This document shows positions 55,045 through 64,000 of a stretch of DNA of 64,000 nt, in pieces. The notes under the pieces are model-generated. The model searched no databases and had not been told where the DNA came from. It saw only the letters and a program-made list of their open reading frames with translations. Position 1 is the first letter of the stretch, and each line of letters starts with the position of its first letter. Made by a program: the position numbers and the translations under genes. Origin of the DNA: an uncultured delta proteobacterium (GTDB lineage Bacteria; Myxococcota_A; Polyangia; Polyangiales; Houyiibacteriaceae); the NCBI GenBank assembly GCA_963699755.1, contig CAVOVB010000001.1, forward strand, positions 736,001-800,000, in the 5' to 3' direction.

Positions 55045-56453
55045 CCACCCAGCATCGGCACCTTGCCGCGACGCAGTCGAATGCGAAGCCTGTCACCCTT
55101 GGGCAAGGGATAAGGGCTGTACTTCATCTCGAGAGGCAGCTCCGGATCGAAGAGCTCGATGTCCGCGAGCTCGAGGAGCAGCGCGAGGGTGGCGATGATC
55201 TGCACATCCGCCAGCGCCGCACCGAGGCAGGTGTGGGGGCCCATCCCGTAGGGGTTCAAGGTGCCAGGCTCGGGTCGAAGCGCATCAGGGCCCAGGAAGC
55301 GCATCGGGTCGAAGCGCTCCGGCTCATCGAAGTACTCGTCCATCAGGCCGTGCGCGCCAACGCTGATCAGCAACTGATCGCCCGCGCGAATTTGGTGTCC
55401 GGCGTAGACGAAGGGCACCCGAGCGTATCGGACCATGGCGAGGGTCACCGGATAGCGACGTGCGACCTCCAGCTTCACGGCTTCGGCCAGTTTCAATCGA
55501 TCCAGCCAATCGCGACCCGAGAGCGATGCAGAGCTCGCGTATTCGAGCTCCTTGCGAAGCTCGGCTTGGAGGTCCGGTAGCCGATAGACGGCGGAGAGCA
55601 CGAAGCTCAAGCTCGCGGCGACGGTGTCGATGCCGGCGAAGTACGGTGTGATGGCGAGCAGCGGAATGTCTCGTTCGCCCAGCAAGCCGTCCTGCACGCA
55701 GCGGCGCAGAATCGGGAATAAGCCATCCTCGGGATTGCTTTGTTCGACGGACCGAAACAGCTCGACCCCCATGTTCATGATGCGCTTCTTCGCCCTCCGA
55801 AACCGCGGGTCCCAGAGAAGAAACCTGGGCCAGCGCCGACCGACCGTGACCTCGATCGAGGTGTGCATCACGCGGAGCAAGTCTTCGTGGTATTCGTCAG
55901 GGTCGACACCCGCCATGTCCATCAGCGCGGCGAGCTCGTGAAAAACCAGGTCCCTCGTGAAACGTTCGACGTCCACGGCTTGACCGTCCCAGCGCCTCAA
56001 GCATCGCTGGACGACCTCGCGCAGCTCTGGCAACCGGTTTTCGAGCGTGCTTCGGGACATCGAGGGACGGAGGCGCTTGCGGAGCTCGGCGTGGAACTCG
56101 CCATCGGCGCTCACGAGGGCGCGCTCGCCGCCAAACAGCGTGACGAACTCGTGCCATACGGGCTTGGACTCCAAGAGTTGGCGGCCTTGCTTCGACAAGA
56201 AGCGCAGACCCTCGGCACCCGCCAAGACCAGCATCGGCCGGTGTACGAATCGCACCGAGAACACGGTACCCAAGCTCCGGTAGCCGCGGATGAACATCCC
56301 GTAAGGGTCGTAGAGGAACTCGGGGAGGTTGCCGAGGACAGGAGCACCAGAGAGCCGGGGCGGTCGTGGTGCCCCGAAATCACCCGCACGAACTTCGGGT
56401 TCTTTGCGCGTCGGCTGGTTCGCTGGAGGCGTGCTCTGGGCGCTCGGTGGCAT
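55041..56453 (-). CDS. Cytochrome P450
   Basis: FAGIDT, EVARRYP, PERFDPMRF and heme motif YGMGPHTCLG. Confidence 0.93.
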   Translation of the reverse strand: MPPSAQSTPPANQPTRKEPEVRAGDFGAPRPPRLSGAPVLGNLPEFLYDPYGMFIRGYRSLGTVFSVRFVHRPMLVLAGAEGLRFLSKQGRQLLESKPVWHEFVTLFGGERALVSADGEFHAELRKRLRPSMSRSTLENRLPELREVVQRCLRRWDGQAVDVERFTRDLVFHELAALMDMAGVDPDEYHEDLLRVMHTSIEVTVGRRWPRFLLWDPRFRRAKKRIMNMGVELFRSVEQSNPEDGLFPILRRCVQDGLLGERDIPLLAITPYFAGIDTVAASLSFVLSAVYRLPDLQAELRKELEYASSASLSGRDWLDRLKLAEAVKLEVARRYPVTLAMVRYARVPFVYAGHQIRAGDQLLISVGAHGLMDEYFDEPERFDPMRFLGPDALRPEPGTLNPYGMGPHTCLGAALADVQIIATLALLLELADIELFDPELPLEMKYSPYPLPKGDRLRIRLRRGKVPMLGG

Positions 56454-58116
56454 TGGTCTGTGGGTCTATAGCAAGCTTTCTCGATTCCGAGAACGCTTCC
56501 CAGGCCGCCTCCGGCGCGAGGAACTGAAGCGGGTCCAGCTCCGGTTTCACCTTCTGATAGATCGTCGGGAAGGTGCCGTCCGCCTGGTACTTGGCGCGCA
56601 TCGCACGCCAAAGCGTGTGATCGAACATCTCGGTGAATTCTTCCTCTGTGCTGAAGACGTCACAATAGGTGTGCAGGAAGCCGCCAAGCGATCGCGCTTT
56701 TCGCTCGAGCTCACGGACCTTGGTTACCGCAGGGTACCGCTGATCGCCATCTTTGACCCTCTGGGGAAATCCGTACACCCCGATGTCCAGAAAGGCCGCC
56801 GTCTCGCTTCGCCCTGAGTACGGCTTTCCGCGATTGGCTGGCAGCCTGACCATTCCGCCCCTGTCGATGACTTTGCAGGGATAGGCGAGCAATGGATAGA
56901 TCTCGAAGTTGTCGTGCACGTGCGTAACCATTTCCGCGAAGTGCTCCGCTGGGAATGCGTACTCCTGCCAGACTTGTCTGCGGATCGTATTCTCACGCTC
57001 GGCCTCGGGCCTGGTGCCCTTGAGGAGCGTGGTGTTCGGTGGGAGCATCCAACCCATCGTGTAGCGGAACCAGGGTTCGTTGGCCGTCGGCAGAATCTGC
57101 GCCAGGCACATGCACATGCTTCGGTCGTGGCGCATCAGATAGTCGTGCGTCGGAACGAGCTCTTCGTAGCGTTGGCCCTCGCCCAGCTTCAGCATGCTCT
57201 CGACGTGCTTGTAAAAGAGCGGCTTGAACCAGCGGTTGACGGGATTCACCGGCAGCTTGGAGCTGGCCGCCTCATCTTCGTCAGCGAGGTGCCCTTCCAT
57301 GATCACGGCCAAGCCTTTTCCAAAAATGATCGTTTCGACGAAATGGGGTGACTCGTCCGCGCTGATCAGTCGCTGATACTCCTGTGCATAGGCAGCCAGC
57401 GAATAGAACGGACGGTACACCATGCGGACGTACGCTGTGGCAGGAATGACGCGCATTTCGAGTGCCACGAGCAGTCCGAGCGTACCGTGGCTCCAAGGGA
57501 GCGCTCGAAAAAGGTCGGCATGCTCGTTGTCTGTGGTGGCGCGGACGACATCGCCGTTCGCAGTGACGATTTCATAGGCGGTCACGGTGTCGTGGACTAG
57601 TCCGCAGATGTGCGAGTGCGTCGTCATGCCGAGCGCCATCACCAGGCCACCCATGGTCGCATCCTTCATTTCGATGGTGGCTTCGAGCTGGAGTCCCATT
57701 TGGTCGAGGTGCTTCGCAACCTCGCCTACAGTTACAAACGGCTCGAGCCGGACCACGCCCTTTTCCTGGTCGACGCTCAAGATCGCAGTGAGGTCGCTCA
57801 TGTGCACGGTCTGCGCTCGTGATTTGTCTGCCATCCGGGTGTTGAGTGACGCTGCGGGATTTCGATCCGTGCGGAGCGGCTTCTGTGCCCAAGCCTCCCC
57901 GTTACGGCGGGCCTTTGCATACCTCTGTACGTCCGCTCTGACGCGCGCCAGCCGCGCATCGTGCTCTTCTGGGGCGCTCTCTTCGACGCCGAAGCTCTTG
58001 AATCGCTGCCAGGTGGTGGCCGCCGTGCTCAAAGGAAGCGCAACGCCGACGATGACCAGCTCACGATGCTCGTCAGCCCAACGCTTCGCTGCCTCGACTG
58101 CGCGACTGAAATTCAT
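56380..58116 (-). CDS. Delta(24)-sterol reductase-like FAD oxidoreductase (DHCR24/DWF1 family)
   Basis: VRLEPFVTVG, TMGGL..ALG, DLFRALPWSHGTLG, WFKPLFYKHVE, DYLMRHDRS, FRYTMGWMLPP and FPTIYQKV parallel the DHCR24/DIMINUTO blocks. Confidence 0.85.
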   Translation of the reverse strand: MNFSRAVEAAKRWADEHRELVIVGVALPLSTAATTWQRFKSFGVEESAPEEHDARLARVRADVQRYAKARRNGEAWAQKPLRTDRNPAASLNTRMADKSRAQTVHMSDLTAILSVDQEKGVVRLEPFVTVGEVAKHLDQMGLQLEATIEMKDATMGGLVMALGMTTHSHICGLVHDTVTAYEIVTANGDVVRATTDNEHADLFRALPWSHGTLGLLVALEMRVIPATAYVRMVYRPFYSLAAYAQEYQRLISADESPHFVETIIFGKGLAVIMEGHLADEDEAASSKLPVNPVNRWFKPLFYKHVESMLKLGEGQRYEELVPTHDYLMRHDRSMCMCLAQILPTANEPWFRYTMGWMLPPNTTLLKGTRPEAERENTIRRQVWQEYAFPAEHFAEMVTHVHDNFEIYPLLAYPCKVIDRGGMVRLPANRGKPYSGRSETAAFLDIGVYGFPQRVKDGDQRYPAVTKVRELERKARSLGGFLHTYCDVFSTEEEFTEMFDHTLWRAMRAKYQADGTFPTIYQKVKPELDPLQFLAPEAAWEAFSESRKLAIDPQTNATERPEHASSEPADAQRTRSSCG

Positions 58117-58169
58117 CTCGACTGTCTAGCCCATCGCAGGGGCAAAGTCGCGCCAACTCTGCCAGGCGA

Positions 58170-60962
<2,793 letters not shown>

Positions 60963-60975
60963 GGCGATCCGCCCT

Positions 60976-62601
60976 CTAGGGCATTGTGTCTTCCTGGATC
61001 AACGCCGCGGCCCGTTCGCCAATCATCATGCTGGGGGCATTGGTGTTGCTGCCCGTGATCTCAGGCATGATCGATGCATCGACGACTCGCAGCCCTTCGA
61101 TGCCGCGCACGCGTAGACGCGGGTCGACGACCGCCATCTCGTCGACGCCCATTTTGCAGGTGCCGACCGGGTGGTACACCGTGCCCGCTCGGAGCCTGAT
61201 TTCTTGGATGAGGTCTTCGTCGCTCACGCGATCGACACCCGGCGACAGCTCGTCTCCGAGGTGCTCGGCCATCTCCGGATGGCTGCAAATCTCTCGACAC
61301 TTGCGAATCGCGTCGAGGAGGAGCTGCATGTCCTCCGGCTCGCGGAGGTAACCGGGATCGATGTGTGGCGCATCCGCGGCATCGGCGGAGCGGAGCAGCA
61401 ACTCGCCTCGGCTCTTCGGGTAGAGCAGCGTTGGCAGCACTGAGAAGCAGTGTCCGGGATCGACGTATGCGCGTTCGGGGCCGTCCTGATTCGGATCCGG
61501 GTAGCCCCAGGGGAGCGTGTGGAGCTGCAGATCCGGAATCCGCAGGTCCGGACGACTCTTGATGAACGCGCAGGCCTCGAAGACCGTCCGTCCGAACCAG
61601 TTGTTACCGAACATGTACTCCTTGAGCATGCCGCCCAAGAAATGCGCCGCCGTGCCACGGTGAAGGCTGGTTCGAGCCCGGAACACCAGCGGCACCAAAA
61701 TGTGATCGTGGAGGTTCTGGCCGACCCCCGGAAGGTCGAGCTTCGGTTCGATGCCATGCTCCCGAAGATGATTCGCAGGGCCGACTCCGGAGCGCATGAG
61801 CAAGTGCGGCGAACCGATCGCCCCGCCGGACAGAATCACCTCGCGTCGCGCCAGGGCCAGCAGCCGCTTGCCGGACTGCTCGTACTCCACAGCCGTCGCA
61901 CGACCGTTCTCGATGACGACTCGGTGAACCAGGGCACGAATCTCCAGATTGAAATTGGGCTTCGAGAGACTCGGTTGCACATAGGCTTCGCCCGTTCCGC
62001 TGCGAAGACCGTCGCGGCAGGACATCTGCATCACGCTCGCGCAGTGTTGATTCTCGGCATTGAAGTCATCGAGAATGGGGACGTCGCAGACTTTCGAAAC
62101 CGCCGTCATGAACGCGATGGAGACCGGACTGAGCTCATTCTCGGGGTGGCGGCTCACCCGAATCGGACCATCGGCGCCGTGATACTCGGTTTCGCCGTCT
62201 TCGTGGTCCTCGAGCTTCTTGTAGAACGGAAGAACATCCGCGAAGCTCCAGCCCTCGCAGCCACGCGCAGCCCAGTCGTTGTAGTTCTGCTTGTTCCCAC
62301 GGAGGTAGATCATGCCGTTGACCGAGCTGGAGCCGCCGACGACTTTTCCGCGCGTATAGGTGATTCGGCGACCGTTGAGATTCGGCTGCGGCGCGGTACT
62401 GAAGCCCCAGTCAACCTTCTGCTTGAGCTGCTTGACCTGCTGGACGAGGCTGATCATTCCCGGCTTGCGCACCAGAGTGGTCCGGTCGCTCCCCCCTGCT
62501 TCGAGCAGAAGGACGCTGACCTTGGGATTCTCTGCCAGACGGGCGGCAACGATGGCCCCGGCGGATCCGGATCCGACGACGACGTAGTCGTATTCAGCCA
62601 T
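60976..62601 (-). CDS. GMC family oxidoreductase (choline dehydrogenase-like)
   Basis: YDYVVVGSGSAG, GGSSSVNGM, VGQNLHDH, YHPVGTCKMG and NTNAP. Confidence 0.93.
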   Translation of the reverse strand: MAEYDYVVVGSGSAGAIVAARLAENPKVSVLLLEAGGSDRTTLVRKPGMISLVQQVKQLKQKVDWGFSTAPQPNLNGRRITYTRGKVVGGSSSVNGMIYLRGNKQNYNDWAARGCEGWSFADVLPFYKKLEDHEDGETEYHGADGPIRVSRHPENELSPVSIAFMTAVSKVCDVPILDDFNAENQHCASVMQMSCRDGLRSGTGEAYVQPSLSKPNFNLEIRALVHRVVIENGRATAVEYEQSGKRLLALARREVILSGGAIGSPHLLMRSGVGPANHLREHGIEPKLDLPGVGQNLHDHILVPLVFRARTSLHRGTAAHFLGGMLKEYMFGNNWFGRTVFEACAFIKSRPDLRIPDLQLHTLPWGYPDPNQDGPERAYVDPGHCFSVLPTLLYPKSRGELLLRSADAADAPHIDPGYLREPEDMQLLLDAIRKCREICSHPEMAEHLGDELSPGVDRVSDEDLIQEIRLRAGTVYHPVGTCKMGVDEMAVVDPRLRVRGIEGLRVVDASIMPEITGSNTNAPSMMIGERAAALIQEDTMP

Positions 62602-62669
62602 GCTCTCGCCGAAGTGGAACGTGTTTCACTGTTGCCGATATAGCGGGCAGGGGCACGTCTTGCCAGCCC

Positions 62670-63455
62670 TCAGGCGACACCTAGCTCGAGGCGAGCGCAT
62701 TGGTACTCGGGACTGATCGCTCCGGCGGCGTCTCGTACCGAGCATCGGAAGCGATGAGGCGCCTCGACCGGTGCTCGTGAGAACTCGAAGACGGTAAGAA
62801 ACGGATCTGGCTTGTCGGCTCTCATGGAGAAGTCGGCCCGGCCGTTGAGATGCAGCTCGTGTCGCGCAGCCGCGGCGATGACGCGCTCGGTCCAGCGCGT
62901 TTGAAATACGATGTAGAGCCGTCCTGTTTCGCTCAAGGCCCGAGCGGCGGTCTCCATGTACGCCTCTACGCCGCCACGTTCTTCGAAGCGGCAGGCGCGT
63001 CGTTGTGGATCGTTCGGAAGCACGCCAGCAGCGAGGGGGAAATAAGGCGGCGAGGCGGTCACCAGGTCGAAGCGCTCGCCTCCGAAGTCGACGTCGCGAA
63101 AGTCCGCGTTTCGCACTTCAAATTGGCTTCGATCCTGCGGAAGCTCGGCGATGGCGCGGGCGGCCATGGCTACCGATTGAACCTGCGCTTCGATGCCGAC
63201 GGCCCGCTCCGGCCTGAGCTTGTGGCTCACCATCAGCAGAACCGACCCCACCCCGCATCCGAGATCGAGGTATTGCCGTGGCGGCTTTGGATTTCGGTAG
63301 ACCGCGTACCAGGCGGTGATCAGGTCGTCGGTACCGGTCCGATGTCCTCCGCTGCGCTGGTAGATGTGCCAGTTGCCGATGAGACGCTCCCGCGCCGCGT
63401 CCTCGGGCCAGGCGCTGAGGTCCGGTTTGCCCGGCTGTACCGGATTGCCATCCAT
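62670..63455 (-). CDS. TrmN6/YfiC-like SAM methyltransferase
   Basis: GHRTGTDD, LDLGCGVGSV, SPPYF and CRFE. Confidence 0.8.
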   Translation of the reverse strand: MDGNPVQPGKPDLSAWPEDAARERLIGNWHIYQRSGGHRTGTDDLITAWYAVYRNPKPPRQYLDLGCGVGSVLLMVSHKLRPERAVGIEAQVQSVAMAARAIAELPQDRSQFEVRNADFRDVDFGGERFDLVTASPPYFPLAAGVLPNDPQRRACRFEERGGVEAYMETAARALSETGRLYIVFQTRWTERVIAAAARHELHLNGRADFSMRADKPDPFLTVFEFSRAPVEAPHRFRCSVRDAAGAISPEYQCARLELGVA

Positions 63456-63488
63456 CTGGGGAAGCTAGCACCCGGGCGCCGGGGAGCA

Positions 63489-63998
63489 CTAGGCGCTCGC
63501 GGGTTTGATCACGCCGATCATTGCGCCGAGCGGGTCGCGGAGTATTCCGAAGCGCCCCACACCCTCGGCGTCCATCGGCTCGGCGATGACCGTGGCTCCG
63601 TTCTTCTTGGCGCGCGCAAGCGTTTCGTCGCAATCGTCTACGGTGATGTACTGAAGCCACATCGTCGGAATGTCGGAGCTGGGTGCTTGCAACATGCCGC
63701 CGCGCATCTCGTCTCCGTTTTTGAAGACGTAGTACGTGCCATTGGGCATGCTCATCTCTTCGTGCGTGTACCCGAGCGCTTTCTTGTAGAACGCGAGGGA
63801 TGCCTGGGGGTCTTGTGTCCAAAGCTCGTTCCAGTGGAGCGAGCCTGGCCCCTCGACGCGTGGCGGGTCGCCCGTCTCCCCTTTGAAGAGGCAGAACATC
63901 CCGCCCTGCGCATCGCTCACGGGCTGCATCCGGCCAACGCCAGGCACGTCGAATGCGTCCATCTGCGCGGTGCCACCTGCGGCGACGACTTTCTTCGC
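63489..63998 (-). CDS. VOC/glyoxalase family protein, two-domain (5'-partial)
   Basis: WNELWT.D....AFY, WLQYITVDDCD and GVGRFGILRDPLGA. Frame is open to the window edge. Confidence 0.88.
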   Translation of the reverse strand, partial: AKKVVAAGGTAQMDAFDVPGVGRMQPVSDAQGGMFCLFKGETGDPPRVEGPGSLHWNELWTQDPQASLAFYKKALGYTHEEMSMPNGTYYVFKNGDEMRGGMLQAPSSDIPTMWLQYITVDDCDETLARAKKNGATVIAEPMDAEGVGRFGILRDPLGAMIGVIKPASA

Positions 63999-64000
63999 CG

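Noticed and set aside
60976..62601. GMC oxidoreductase as a cholesterol oxidase linked to the sterol module
   Set aside because: The sequence fits the choline/alcohol dehydrogenase type, has no export signal, and is separated from the module by icd.

Overview
GC-rich bacterial chromosomal segment. Its gene content points to Myxococcota (Polyangia-like): myxococcal Cys-rich repeats, a fibro-slime domain, a PEGA protein, a TIGR04551-like barrel and a sterol-type reductase. It holds about 55 genes, and I found no rRNA, tRNA, CRISPR array or mobile element. Housekeeping and metabolic genes are thrH, glnS, monomeric icd, wecB, a GMC oxidoreductase, two P450s and a carboxylase. Five blocks stand out. 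(1) A patatin-MMPL-AsnB-GT2-GT-C envelope modification operon, followed by an outer-membrane barrel and Cys-rich lipoproteins (1.3-13.5 kb). (2) A Tat flavin amine oxidase coupled to a di-heme cytochrome c (16.4-18.5 kb). (3) A partly lower-GC island of secreted, disulfide-rich, eukaryote-like proteins with its own Lgt and CPBP protease, including a CLCA-like metalloprotease-vWA protein and a tandem defensin-like protein (25.1-36.5 kb). (4) A polysaccharide locus with a 1502-aa Wzy/O-antigen-ligase-PA14-glycoside hydrolase fusion (41-54 kb). (5) A DHCR24-like sterol reductase overlapping a P450 next to a desaturase (54-58 kb). Perfect palindromic operators and two gene remnants are also visible. 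All family assignments come from motif recognition by eye, not database searches.
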